Positions 29,736-39,420 of a stretch of DNA of 64,000 nucleotides are shown piece by piece. This DNA is from an uncultured Gammaproteobacteria bacterium (GTDB lineage: Bacteria > Pseudomonadota > Gammaproteobacteria > DRLM01). A model generated the notes under the pieces. That model had not been told where the DNA came from, made no database searches, and saw only the letters and a list, made by a program, of their open reading frames with translations. Position 1 is the stretch's first letter, and each line of letters starts with the position of its first letter. The stretch lies in contig CAVSNY010000005.1 in the NCBI GenBank assembly GCA_963729605.1, positions 32,001 to 96,000 of the forward strand, in the 5' to 3' direction. The translations under genes and the position numbers were made by a program.

Positions 29736-31118
29736 TTAAGCCAAAATAGAAAACTTCGTTGCCAATCGAATTGGTGTAAAAATTTTCTGGGTTGTCGTTA
29801 CTTCAAAAACAAAAGCATTCAAGATACGGTCTTGAATAATAGGCCCATCGCTTTCTGGAATTGATGAAACGCTAGGGGTCAATGAATAGTGGCCTGGATG
29901 TAACATGGGAACTGTGATCTCAATCGAAACTCGAAGCGAGTCACCTTGTGCTGGCGCAAGCATTTTTACCGAGTCAAACCATGTACTCGTACTTGCGATC
30001 TCAATTCCTTTATTATCACGCACAATATAACCACAACCAATATTTTGTCCGGGCGGGAAATTTTTATTTTTTATCTCTAACAGTAGACAAATCACCTCAT
30101 TCCAGTCGACTGTGCTAGTTGGCAGACCATTCACGTTAGATAAGCTCATGCCGGTCATTTCCAACTTTTGCTCCCCACAACGACCATCACCTATTGGTAG
30201 ACTTAATTTTGTTGCTGGATTTTTTCCTTCCGGAATAACCACAGCATGATTAGAACTATCTGAGTTGCTATATTTTTCGTTAAGACCAAACAAATATTGA
30301 AGGTATGCATCTGTTACAGCCGTAGCATTACCAACTAAAGTTAAGTTTCCATCTTTCAGCCACAATACCCTACTGCATAAACGCTTAACGGAGCTGGCGT
30401 CGTGGCTGACGAATATGATTGTTGTACCTTTTCTCTGAAGATCGTGAAAACGTGCCATGCAACGATGCACAAAATAGGCATCTCCTACGGCCAAGGCCTC
30501 ATCGACGATCAGAATATCAGGGTCAATATTGGCTTGAATAGCGAAGGCTAGCCGGACATACATGCCACTCGAATAGGTTTTCACCGGCCGGTTGATGAAG
30601 TCGCCAATATCTGCAAAGGCGGCAATGTCATTGAAGCGCGCATCCACTTCTTCCCGACTCAAGCCGAGCACGGCGGCATTCATGTAAACATTCTCTCGCC
30701 CGGTAAATTCCGGATTGAAGCCAGAGCCCAACTCCAACAGGGCGGCAATACGGCCACGGGTTTCCACAAAGCCCCTGGTAGGTGCCAGCGTCCCGGTGAT
30801 GATCTGCAGCAGGGTGCTCTTCCCGCTGCCGTTACGGCCGATGATGCCAACGGTTTCGCCTTTCTTGACCTCGAAGGAGACATTTTTCAGCGCCCAGAAT
30901 TCGCGGAAATACTGTTTGGGCGGCAAGCCGACAATGCGCTCCAGGCGCGGCAGTACAAACTGCTTGAGCCGATCCCGGGGTTGGTCGTAGATCTGATAGC
31001 ACTTACTCAAGTTTTCTACACGAATTGCAATGCCGTCCGTACCCGTTGCGGGCATATCTCCCTCACCCCGACCCTCTCCCGCCAGGGGAGAGGGTGAAAG
31101 ATTCATCTCAGAGGACAT
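29736..31118 (-). CDS. wzt: Polysaccharide ABC transporter ATPase with C-terminal Wzt_C domain
   Basis: GRNGSGKSTLL, YSSGM, ILIVDE, VSHD; MSSE start overlaps the wzm stop. Confidence 0.95.
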   Translation of the reverse strand: MSSEMNLSPSPLAGEGRGEGDMPATGTDGIAIRVENLSKCYQIYDQPRDRLKQFVLPRLERIVGLPPKQYFREFWALKNVSFEVKKGETVGIIGRNGSGKSTLLQIITGTLAPTRGFVETRGRIAALLELGSGFNPEFTGRENVYMNAAVLGLSREEVDARFNDIAAFADIGDFINRPVKTYSSGMYVRLAFAIQANIDPDILIVDEALAVGDAYFVHRCMARFHDLQRKGTTIIFVSHDASSVKRLCSRVLWLKDGNLTLVGNATAVTDAYLQYLFGLNEKYSNSDSSNHAVVIPEGKNPATKLSLPIGDGRCGEQKLEMTGMSLSNVNGLPTSTVDWNEVICLLLEIKNKNFPPGQNIGCGYIVRDNKGIEIASTSTWFDSVKMLAPAQGDSLRVSIEITVPMLHPGHYSLTPSVSSIPESDGPIIQDRILNAFVFEVTTTQKIFTPIRLATKFSILA

Positions 31119-31950
31119 CAGCGAACCCCTTCCTTGTCTTCTGAAACCACGCAAAACCGAGCGAGGCAATACCCAGAGTCGCTATCCAGTAGATAGCCAG
31201 CATAAAAAAGTCCGGCGCCTTTCCCCAGAACAGAACATCGCGCATCTGCTCGACCACCGGCGTCAGCGGGTTGAGATAGAGCAAATAGCGGTAGTTCTCA
31301 GGAAACGCGGTGACCGGGTAGAAAATAGGGCTCAGGAACATCAACGCGGTTGTCAGTACCCCGATGAACTGCGAGACGTCACGCAGAAATACCCCCAGTG
31401 AAGCCAAGGCCCAACTCAAGCCCATGAGGAACAGACAGAACGGCAACAGCACCAGCGGCACATAGAACACGGTGGGGTGAGGAATTCCAAACAGCAATGC
31501 GTAGGCAGCCAGCCAAACCAGCAGGCTGATCGATGCGTGAAACAGCGCCGACATCAAACCAACGAAAGGAAGAATCTCCAGCGGAAAGACGACTTTTTTC
31601 ACGTAGTTGGTGTTTGAGAGGATCAAACCCGGCGCCCGGCTGATACATTCAGCAAAGAGGTTGAAGACGATCAAGCCGGCGAACAACACGAGTGCAAACT
31701 CGGTTTTCGATCCGCTGCCCCCGCCCCAGCGCGCCTGAAAGATGACGCTGAAGACGAAGGTGAAGACCACGAGCATAAAGAGCGGGTTGAAAAACGACCA
31801 CAGCAGCCCCAGGGCCGAACCACGATAGCGCCCGAGCACTTCGCGCTTTGCCGAGGCATGAATGAGGCCCCGATTGCGCCAGAGGCTGGCGAACATCTCG
31901 ATCGGCGACGTCGGCTGCGGCGCATGGGGGTTGATGGCTTGTTGATGCAT
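31108..31950 (-). CDS. wzm: Polysaccharide ABC transporter permease
   Basis: RYRGSALGLLWSFFNP, NYVKKVVFP, LSPIFYP, NPLT, FADVL. Confidence 0.95.
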   Translation of the reverse strand: MHQQAINPHAPQPTSPIEMFASLWRNRGLIHASAKREVLGRYRGSALGLLWSFFNPLFMLVVFTFVFSVIFQARWGGGSGSKTEFALVLFAGLIVFNLFAECISRAPGLILSNTNYVKKVVFPLEILPFVGLMSALFHASISLLVWLAAYALLFGIPHPTVFYVPLVLLPFCLFLMGLSWALASLGVFLRDVSQFIGVLTTALMFLSPIFYPVTAFPENYRYLLYLNPLTPVVEQMRDVLFWGKAPDFFMLAIYWIATLGIASLGFAWFQKTRKGFADVL

Positions 31951-31963
31951 GGCTATCTTGGCT

Positions 31964-32162
31964 CTATTTCTCAACCTTCATCATCGCGGCGACAAACGCA
32001 TGAAAATCGTTCAAGCGCTGCTCCACTATCGCGCGCATCACAAGAAGGCTGAGTTTCTGATAGGGCCACGCCCACCGCCTGGGAACCAAAAACATAGATC
32101 GCCACTACGTCCGGCAAGGCATGTCGAATCTTTTCGTACAATTTCGGGAAATCAGGATTCAT
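31964..32162 (-). pseudogene. Deletion remnant of an MNT-HEPN (MntA/HepT-like) module
   Basis: MNT N-terminus MNPDFPKLYEKIRHALPDVVAIYVFGSQA joined near 32064 to a HEPN/DUF86-like C-terminus YQKLSLLVMRAIVEQRLNDFHAF in another frame. Confidence 0.7.
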
Positions 32163-32176
32163 ATGCGCTTGACACC

Positions 32177-32539
32177 TCAACTTTCCACCTTCGTTTCCGG
32201 TGTCACCTTGGCCATCACGGCTTCCCGCTGGAGGCGCTCGATCTCTCTCTTGATATCCTCGTACTCCGCCAGCTTGCGCTTGAGAAATCGGGCAGTAACC
32301 TTCGCCTTTTCCTCGGCACCCTTGGGGGTCAGGTAATAGGCATAGACCCGCTTGTTGGGATTATTAGTGAAGTTCTTCACTTTGACCCATCCCCGGTCCA
32401 TGACGGCACGCAAACAATAATTCACCTTGCCGAGACTCACTCCCATCTCATTGGCCAGTTCGCGCTGACTTAGCTCGGGCTTGCTTTCAAGCAGCTTCAG
32501 GAGGCGGTAGCGGGTTTCGTCGTCAAGTGGCGGCGGCAT
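32177..32539 (-). CDS. EPS-associated MarR-family transcriptional regulator
   Basis: PELSQRELA..MGVSLGKVNYCL, YAYYLTPKGAEEK, FLKRKL.EY. Confidence 0.92.
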   Translation of the reverse strand: MPPPLDDETRYRLLKLLESKPELSQRELANEMGVSLGKVNYCLRAVMDRGWVKVKNFTNNPNKRVYAYYLTPKGAEEKAKVTARFLKRKLAEYEDIKREIERLQREAVMAKVTPETKVES

Positions 32540-32707
32540 GGGCTCATGTTCAATTGATGAACGACGGTATTTAAGCGGTTTGAGCGGTGAGAGTCAATAG
32601 TCTTTGACCATATCAGATACACTCTTCCCCACTCTTTTCCCATCAAAGGAGAGAGGAAGATCATGGACTTCATTGAGCTGGCGATAATGGCAAAAGATTT
32701 CAACTGA

Positions 32708-33613
32708 TCATTGTGGCAGAGTTTGCTGTGCGATTTTCTGAACGACTTCTTGAAGAGCATCGCCCCAAAAACGTGGCGCTACTCCAAAAGCCCCTCGTAT
32801 CTTCGCGCAATCCAGCACGGAATTGGCGGGCCGTTTGGCGGGTGTGGGATAGTCGGTTGTGGTGATGGGGCGCACTGGTACTTTTCGTCCACCATACGGC
32901 TCCGCTGCGGCAAGTATGGCCTCGGCGAAACCATGCCAGGTGGTTGGCCCGTCACCACAGTAGTGATACGTGCCCCACTCTACTGCTTGGTTATCCATGT
33001 AGCGAGCGACGATAGACAATATCACCTCAGCGATATCACCCGCCGCCGTGGGACAGCCCCACTGATCGGAGACCACGCGCAACTCGTCGCGTTCTTTAGC
33101 AAGCCGCAGCATGGTCTTGACGAAGTTATGACCATGCACGCCATACACCCAGGCGGTTCTGAGGATGATATGCCGCGCCAGTCGTTCGCGGACTGCTCGT
33201 TCACCGGCCTCCTTGCTGGCACCGTAGACGCTGACCGGACACACGGGATCGTCCTCGGTGTAAGCGCCTTTTTTGCTGCCATCGAATACGTAGTCGGTGG
33301 AGATGTGTATAAGCGGTATAGCGGCTTCTACGCAGGCCTGAGCAAGATTATCCGGGCCCTCGCGATTCACTGCGTAGGCCTTTTCAGGCTCGGACTCCGC
33401 TTTGTCGACGGCGGTGTAGGCGGCGGCGTTGACGACGACATCAAAGGCACCTTTTTGCACTTGCGCGGCCACGGCCTGCGCGTCGGTGATATCCAGCTCG
33501 GTGGAAGTCATGCCGATGGCGGTCACGCCGAAACGCTCGGCGCGGCGCATCAGTTCCCAGCCGACTTGGCCGTTGGCGCCGGTCACTAATATTTTAAGTT
33601 GAGAATTAGACAT
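32708..33613 (-). CDS. rmlD: dTDP-4-dehydrorhamnose reductase
   Basis: TGANGQVG, NAAAYTAVDKAE, HISTDYVFDG, YGASK, PTPAKRP. Confidence 0.96.
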   Translation of the reverse strand: MSNSQLKILVTGANGQVGWELMRRAERFGVTAIGMTSTELDITDAQAVAAQVQKGAFDVVVNAAAYTAVDKAESEPEKAYAVNREGPDNLAQACVEAAIPLIHISTDYVFDGSKKGAYTEDDPVCPVSVYGASKEAGERAVRERLARHIILRTAWVYGVHGHNFVKTMLRLAKERDELRVVSDQWGCPTAAGDIAEVILSIVARYMDNQAVEWGTYHYCGDGPTTWHGFAEAILAAAEPYGGRKVPVRPITTTDYPTPAKRPANSVLDCAKIRGAFGVAPRFWGDALQEVVQKIAQQTLPQ

Positions 33614-33668
33614 GTTTATTCACACGTAAATCGACACTGGCATGGGTATAAGTTTAGTCAAAAGATTA

Positions 33669-33715
33669 ACCACCCCGTCCGCTGCGCGGCCACCCCTCCT
33701 TGAAAAGGAGGGGAG
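33669..33715 (+). repeat. Family-A double-hairpin repeat (solo copy), followed by a degenerate ~18-bp tandem repeat at 33735-33818
   Basis: ACCACCCCGTCCGC tgc GCGGCCACCCCTCCTT gaa AAGGAGGGGAG. Confidence 0.9.
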
Positions 33716-33941
33716 ATTGATATTCCCATGCACGTCTCTATTTCCCAAGGTCTTTCTCTTTCCCGAGGCTCCTCTATTTCCCGAGGCTCTTATATTTTCA
33801 GGCTCTCCTATATTTGCATACGCTTCGAGGAAGAACGTACTAATAAAGTGACGCGCATGAATAGGACGGTATGAAGAGAAAGATAAAATCTATCGCTTTA
33901 TCCATGTTGGTTCCCGAATAAATCATAAACTGGCGCGATAA

Positions 33942-34505
33942 TTAACTGGCGCGGTAATTCGGCAAACGCTCAGCCGCGATTTCCGATAAACGCAAACCTG
34001 CGGAATCTTTGGCTGACAGCTGGGGCGACTCATTGAATGGCCACTGGATACCAATATCCGGATCGTTCCAAATGATGCTTACCTCGGCTTTAGGCGCATA
34101 ATAGTCGGTGCATTTATAAACAAACAGGGCCACGTCACTTGTCACCACGAAGCCGTGGGCGAAACCCGGCGGCACATACATCTGCCGCTTGTTGTCGCTG
34201 GACAATGTCACGCCCACCCATTTGCCAAAGTTAGGCGAACCCAGCCGCACGTCCACCGCCACATCGAACACCTCGCCCTGCAACACCTGTACGAGTTTGC
34301 CTTGCGGATTTTCATATTGAAAATGCAACCCGCGCAAAATGCCCCGGCGGGAAAACGAGATATTGTCCTGCACAAAGGGCCCGGCGATGCCCGCCTCGGC
34401 ATAACGTTGGGCCTGGTAGCTCTCCAGAAAATAGCCGCGCTCATCGCCGAACACCTTGGGCTCGATGATCACTACACCGGGCAATGCGGTTTCAATGATT
34501 TTCAT
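33942..34505 (-). CDS. rmlC: dTDP-4-dehydrorhamnose 3,5-epimerase
   Basis: [33 protein letters not shown]. Confidence 0.97.
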   Translation of the reverse strand: MKIIETALPGVVIIEPKVFGDERGYFLESYQAQRYAEAGIAGPFVQDNISFSRRGILRGLHFQYENPQGKLVQVLQGEVFDVAVDVRLGSPNFGKWVGVTLSSDNKRQMYVPPGFAHGFVVTSDVALFVYKCTDYYAPKAEVSIIWNDPDIGIQWPFNESPQLSAKDSAGLRLSEIAAERLPNYRAS

Positions 34506-35380
34506 GTCGGCGTACCGCGCTGCAAAAGATTACGGAGATAATCGCCATAACCATTCTTGCTATATTGCGTGGCGATCTGTTCCAACTGTGCCGCGTCGAT
34601 CCAACCGCCGTTGAAAGCAATTTCTTCCGGGCAGGCAACTTTCAAACCCTGCCGCGCCTCGATGGTTTCAATAAAATTCGACGCCTGCATCAATGATTCG
34701 TGGGTGCCGGTATCCAGCCATGCCACACCGCGCCCGAGTTTTTCCAACTTCAATTGGCCTTTTTCCAAATAGTGATTATTGATGTCGGTGATCTCCAACT
34801 CGCCACGCGGCGAGGGCGTGAGGGTGGGCGCGATATCCACCACTTGGTTATCATAAAAATAAATGCCGGTCACCGCATAATTGGAACGGGGTTGCTTGGG
34901 CTTTTCCTCGATGGCGGTCACCCGCCCGGTATCGTCAAACTCCGCCACGCCGTAACGCTGCGGGTCTTTCACCCAATAACCAAACACCGTGGCGCCCTCG
35001 CGGCACTGCGCGGCGGACAATAAAAGCTCGGTCATGCCGTGACCGTAAAAAATATTGTCGCCCAACACCAAACAGCAGGTCTGATCGCCGATAAACTGCC
35101 GGCCGATGATAAACGCCTCCGCCAAACCCCCGGGGACTGCCTGCACCGCATATTGAAGGTTAATACCCCATTGACGGCCGTCACCCAATAATTGCTGGAA
35201 CAACGTTTGATCGTGCGGTGTGGTGATAACCAGGATATCCCGGATGCCGGCCAGCATCAGCGTGGACAAGGGATAGTAGACCATCGGTTTGTCGTATACA
35301 GGCAGCAATTGTTTGCTGATCATTTGCGTCAACGGATAGAGCCGGGTACCGGATCCGCCGGCGAGGATGATGCCTTTCAT
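34502..35380 (-). CDS. rmlA: Glucose-1-phosphate thymidylyltransferase
   Basis: [40 protein letters not shown]. Confidence 0.97.
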   Translation of the reverse strand: MKGIILAGGSGTRLYPLTQMISKQLLPVYDKPMVYYPLSTLMLAGIRDILVITTPHDQTLFQQLLGDGRQWGINLQYAVQAVPGGLAEAFIIGRQFIGDQTCCLVLGDNIFYGHGMTELLLSAAQCREGATVFGYWVKDPQRYGVAEFDDTGRVTAIEEKPKQPRSNYAVTGIYFYDNQVVDIAPTLTPSPRGELEITDINNHYLEKGQLKLEKLGRGVAWLDTGTHESLMQASNFIETIEARQGLKVACPEEIAFNGGWIDAAQLEQIATQYSKNGYGDYLRNLLQRGTPT

Positions 35381-35451
35381 GCTTTTTCCTTCACTCTTGT
35401 TTTCAAGAGGGTCGAGATGAAACGGGCCAAGCCCGATGGATTAAATACAAA

Positions 35452-35496
35452 ACCACCCCGGCCCTACGGGCCACCCCTCCTTATGAAAGGAGGGGA
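35452..35496 (+). repeat. Family-A double-hairpin repeat (solo copy), near-identical to the 5579 copy
   Basis: ACCACCCCGGCCC tac GGGCCACCCCTCCTT atga AAGGAGGGGA. Confidence 0.9.
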
Positions 35497-35730
35497 TAAA
35501 ATCCCAAACAACAACGTGATCATGAATCCAATTCCGGAAGTGTCGCGATGTTTCGCGGCCCTCAGTAAACAATTCGCACCTCCGTATGCGAATTGAACTC
35601 GATCTCACGATCTTGATTCCTTTTGCCCAACATCCTGCGTCCGCCCCGATGCGCTATTACGCGGCACGTCAGAGGGCTACCACAATGACTGACGCCGCTT
35701 CGCGGCCTACCGCGGGCTTTTCGCTTCGCC

Positions 35731-36165
35731 TCGTCCCGCTTCGCCTCGTCCCGCTTCGCCTCGTCCCGCTTCGCCTCGTCCCGCTTCGCCTCGTCCCGCT
35801 TCGCCTCGTCCCGCTTCGCCTCGTCCCGCTTCGCCTCGTCCCGCTTCGCCTCGTCCCGCTTCGCCTCGTCCCGCTTCGCTTCGTCCCGCTTCGCTTCGTC
35901 CCGCTTCGCTTCGTCCCGCTTCGCTTCGTCCCGCTTCGCTTCGTCCCGCTTCGCTTCGTCCCGCTTCGCTTCGTCCCGCTTCGCTTCGTCCCGCTTCGCT
36001 TCGTCCCGCTTCGCTTCGTCCCGCTTCGCTTCGTCCCGCTTCGCTTCGTCCCGCTTCGCTTCGTCCCGCTTCGCTTCGTCCCGCTTCGCTTCGTCCCGCT
36101 TCGCTTCGTCCCGCTTCGCTTCGTCCCGCTTCGCTTCGTCCCGCTTCGCTTCGTCCCGCTTCGCC
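35731..36165. repeat. 15-bp minisatellite TCGTCCCGCTTCGCY x29
   Basis: Counted directly: 9 C-ending units, 19 T-ending units, then 1 C-ending unit. Confidence 0.97.
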
Positions 36166-36374
36166 CTCCTTGGCTCGTCGAATGCACGCATCTAATTCAG
36201 ATGACGCGCGAACAGAGGCCAAGAAGTATTACCTCTCAAAAATCGGCATCCAAGTCACTCCGCGACTCATACTCGCCTCTTGCCAGTCCTGACTCGTGAT
36301 CGCCTCGGTAAATCCACAACTCGCCGATTACCTTGGAGCGCTCGCGATAAAGTCATTCAGCACACTATCGTGGA

Positions 36375-37442
36375 TTATACCCCTTCGCCGCCCGCCACCC
36401 CTAACCGCTCACCGCGATAGCTGCCGTCCAGCACACGTTGCCACCAGCCGCGATGGTCCAGATACCACTGCACGGTCTTACGCAAACCCGATTCGAAGGT
36501 CTCATGGGGACGCCATCCCAGCTCGCGTTCGATTTTGCCGGCGTCGATGGCGTAACGCCGGTCGTGACCGGGGCGGTCGGTTACAAAGGTGATGAGCTTG
36601 GCGTGCGGCGCATGCGATGAACCGGGCACCAATTCATCCAACAAAGTGCAAATCGCCTGCACCACTTCCAAATTGGTGCGCTCGTTGTGCCCGCCGATGT
36701 TATAGGTCTCGCCCAACCGCCCTTTTTCAAGCACCAGGCGTAAAGCGCGGGCGTGGTCGTCCACATACAGCCAGTCGCGGATATTGTCGCCCTTGCCGTA
36801 CACCGGCAGCGGCTCGCCGCGCAGGGCCTTGATGATGACCAAGGGAATCAATTTCTCGGGGAAGTGATAGGACCCGTAATTATTCGAGCAATTGGTGGTG
36901 ACAACCGGTAAACCATAGGTGTGATGCCAGGCACGCACCAAATGATCGGAGGACGCCTTGCTGGCGGAATAAGGCGAATTGGGTTGATAAGGCGTCTCTT
37001 CAGTGAAGAAGCCCTCCGCGCCCAGCGAACCGTAAACCTCGTCGGTGGAAATGTGGTGAAAACGGAAGCCCTGCTTCCGATCAGCCGGTAATGCCGCCCA
37101 ATACTCCCGCGCGGCCTCCAGCAAAGTGTACGTGCCGATGATATTGGTCTCGATGAATTGGGCCGGCCCATCGATGGATCGATCGACATGGGACTCGGCG
37201 GCGAGGTGCATTACCGCGTCCGGTTGATATTGCGTAAACAATCGTTGCAACGCCGGGGCGTCGCAGATATCCACCCGCTCGAAGTGATAACGCGGATTCG
37301 TCGCCACCTCCGCCACCGATTCGAGATTGCCGGCATAAGTGAGCTTGTCAACGTTGATGACCGTGGCCTCGCTCTCGGTGATCAACTGCCGAACGACCGC
37401 GGACCCGATGAACCCCGCGCCACCTGTAATAAGTATTTTCAC
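36375..37442 (-). CDS. rmlB: dTDP-glucose 4,6-dehydratase
   Basis: [52 protein letters not shown]. Confidence 0.97.
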   Translation of the reverse strand: MKILITGGAGFIGSAVVRQLITESEATVINVDKLTYAGNLESVAEVATNPRYHFERVDICDAPALQRLFTQYQPDAVMHLAAESHVDRSIDGPAQFIETNIIGTYTLLEAAREYWAALPADRKQGFRFHHISTDEVYGSLGAEGFFTEETPYQPNSPYSASKASSDHLVRAWHHTYGLPVVTTNCSNNYGSYHFPEKLIPLVIIKALRGEPLPVYGKGDNIRDWLYVDDHARALRLVLEKGRLGETYNIGGHNERTNLEVVQAICTLLDELVPGSSHAPHAKLITFVTDRPGHDRRYAIDAGKIERELGWRPHETFESGLRKTVQWYLDHRGWWQRVLDGSYRGERLGVAGGEGV

Positions 37443-37570
37443 AAATTCATCTCTTTATTTCGGTTCATGCCTGTGCTCCGCTTTGCCTCAAACCGTTTTC
37501 ATCCAAATCACTCTTTCCGGCATTCGGGTAATTTCTGGGAAAGTTAAACCACGCCGTTCATCAAGGCCAA

Positions 37571-38148
37571 ACCACCCCGGCGCTGCGCGCCACCCCTCCT
37601 TGGCAAGGAGGGGAGTAATTTGTGGTTGCACTGTCTCATCAATACTAAACCTGCTTATGTCGTTCCGGTCGTGGTTGCTCATCTCTCGTCTATTTCTTTC
37701 ATGTCGGCACCTTCCCGCACCGGCGCGTCTTCCCGGCCTGGAAAGGCTCAACCACCCCGGCGCTGCGCGCCACCCCTCCTTGGGAAGGAGGGGAGTAGTT
37801 TGTGGTGGCATTGCCTCATCAATGCTAAATCTGCTTATGTCGTTCCGGCCGCGGCTGCTCGTCTCTCGGCCATTTCTTTCATGTCGGCACTTTCCGCACT
37901 GGATCGCCTTCCCGGCCTGGAAAGGCTCAACCACCCCGGCGCTGCGCGCCACCCCTCCTTGGGAAGGAGGGGAGTAATTTGTGGCTGCATTGCCTCATCA
38001 ATGCTCAACCTGCTTATGTCGTTCCGGCCGCGGTTGCTGGTCTCCCATTTATTTCTCTCATGGCGGCACTTTCCGCACCGTCTTCCCGGCCTGGAAAGGC
38101 TCAACCACCCCGGCGCTGCGCGCCACCCCTCCTTGGGAAGGAGGGGAG
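37571..38148 (+). repeat. Tandem array of 4 family-A repeats with mutually homologous ~130-135-bp spacers (periods 180, 179, 174 bp)
   Basis: Repeat starts at 37571, 37751, 37930, 38104; spacers share CATCAATRCT, CTGCTTATGTCGTTCCGG and CTTCCCGGCCTGGAAAGGCTCA. Confidence 0.93.
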
Positions 38149-38279
38149 TAATTTGGGATCTCATTGTACTTATCGCTCACACCACAGCTTCTCATTCATC
38201 GTTTATTCTTTGTATGGCTCTCATGTCCATTGCTTCCGCAGCCGCGTTTGTCGCGATGGTGTTTTTTGTAGCGGATATC

Positions 38280-38838
38280 CTCCCCTCCTCTACGAGGAGG
38301 GGTGCCCCGTGAGGGGCGGGGTGGTGCGCTACGAAGTAAAGTGCTCGCGAATTACCACCAATACACCTTCCAAATTTTCCATGACCTCACGATTCTCAAA
38401 CCGCAGCACCCGCAGCCCCTGGGTCATTAAATAATTTGTCCGCGCGCTATCTCGCTGCCAAGCCTTCTCGCTATCATGTGCCGCACCGTCCAGCTCAATT
38501 ACCATACGCTCACCAGGACAGTAAAAATCCACGATATAGGGTCCGATGCTGTGTTGGCGGCGAAATTTTCTACCTGCAATCCGCCCACCTTGTAATTGTT
38601 TCCACAATCGCGCCTCGGCCGGCGTGAGCTGGGCTCGCAAAAATCGACGAACTGGCTTTAAGCTCTGTCGATTGTGAATCTTCATTTCATTCTCAAGTCT
38701 TCAGGCTACTTATAGTTCAGTAAAAGCAGAATGATTCCGCTCTATCCGCTAAATCGCTTTGGAAAGACCCGCATTACGGCAGCACTCGAGCAAACCACCC
38801 CGGCGCTACGCGCCACCCCTCCTTGAAAAGGAGGGGAG
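38280..38838 (-). mobile_element. Putative DUF559 element: L repeat (38280-38325) - endonuclease gene - R repeat (38794-38838)
   Basis: Inverted family-A repeats bracket the gene, 3 bp from its stop and 108 bp from its start; mobility is inferred, not shown. Confidence 0.6.
38329..38685 (-). CDS. DUF559 endonuclease-domain protein (Vsr-like, PD-(D/E)XK superfamily)
   Basis: LR...TPAEARLW..L, KFRRQHSIGPYIVDFYC, VIELDG..H, RD..R..YL..G.RVLRFEN. Confidence 0.92.
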   Translation of the reverse strand: MKIHNRQSLKPVRRFLRAQLTPAEARLWKQLQGGRIAGRKFRRQHSIGPYIVDFYCPGERMVIELDGAAHDSEKAWQRDSARTNYLMTQGLRVLRFENREVMENLEGVLVVIREHFTS

Positions 38839-39420
38839 AATTGATGGAGTAGGATTCCTGCGCCATCTTTACTCCTCTCTCCTCTCCTCTCCTCTCCTCT
38901 TCTTTTCTTTACTCCCCTTCTCGTCTTTACTCCCCGCGTCTATGAACATTGATTATTTCCCGAGAAATAATGATATGGAGCGCAGATGGTTAACCGGCTG
39001 GAAAGCTATATCCCAATTTTGAGATAGGTTCTAGATCAATGCTAAACCTGCTTAACTTTCTTTGCGAACCGCCCAAAACCTGCTAACTCGTCTCTTAATC
39101 CGCGCCAAGCTACCATCATTCCGCCATGCACGTCCTTACCCCGGAAGAAATGCATACACTAATCTGGGCCGTACCCAATCATTCTTCCGCCATCATCCTT
39201 GCGGCATTCTTGCACCATGCATTTTTCCACCATGCACGCTTATCTCTTATCCTGCCGTGCCTATATGCCATCGTCCTACTTGTTCCCACCGTCACGTCTT
39301 CAAACGGAGCGCGTCACTCGGGAGCAGTCACGCGGGTTGGTTTTCTCGCCGTATCGTCCTACTTGTTCGCACCCCGTCGCGTCCTCAAACTAACGAGGGC
39401 GGCAATTTGATGCCGCACGC

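Noticed and set aside
32503-32514. ops/JUMPstart-like GGCGGTAGCGGG
   Set aside because: It lies inside the marR coding sequence on the strand opposite to cluster transcription and lacks the terminal TG
35562-36299. ORFs of RDEAK / RFVPL / SGTKR / GRSEA repeats as real proteins
   Set aside because: All frames are open only because the 15-mer has no stop codon; no RBS seen
37571-38148. CRISPR array
   Set aside because: Spacers are 130-135 bp and homologous to each other, the repeat is dispersed through the window in both orientations, and no cas genes are present
37339-38434. Several 110-230-aa ORFs with NHPGAARHPS / PPRRCAPPLL repeats
   Set aside because: They are translations of the DNA repeat array; likewise the ORFs at 5378-6171, 8581-8932 and 41031-41807
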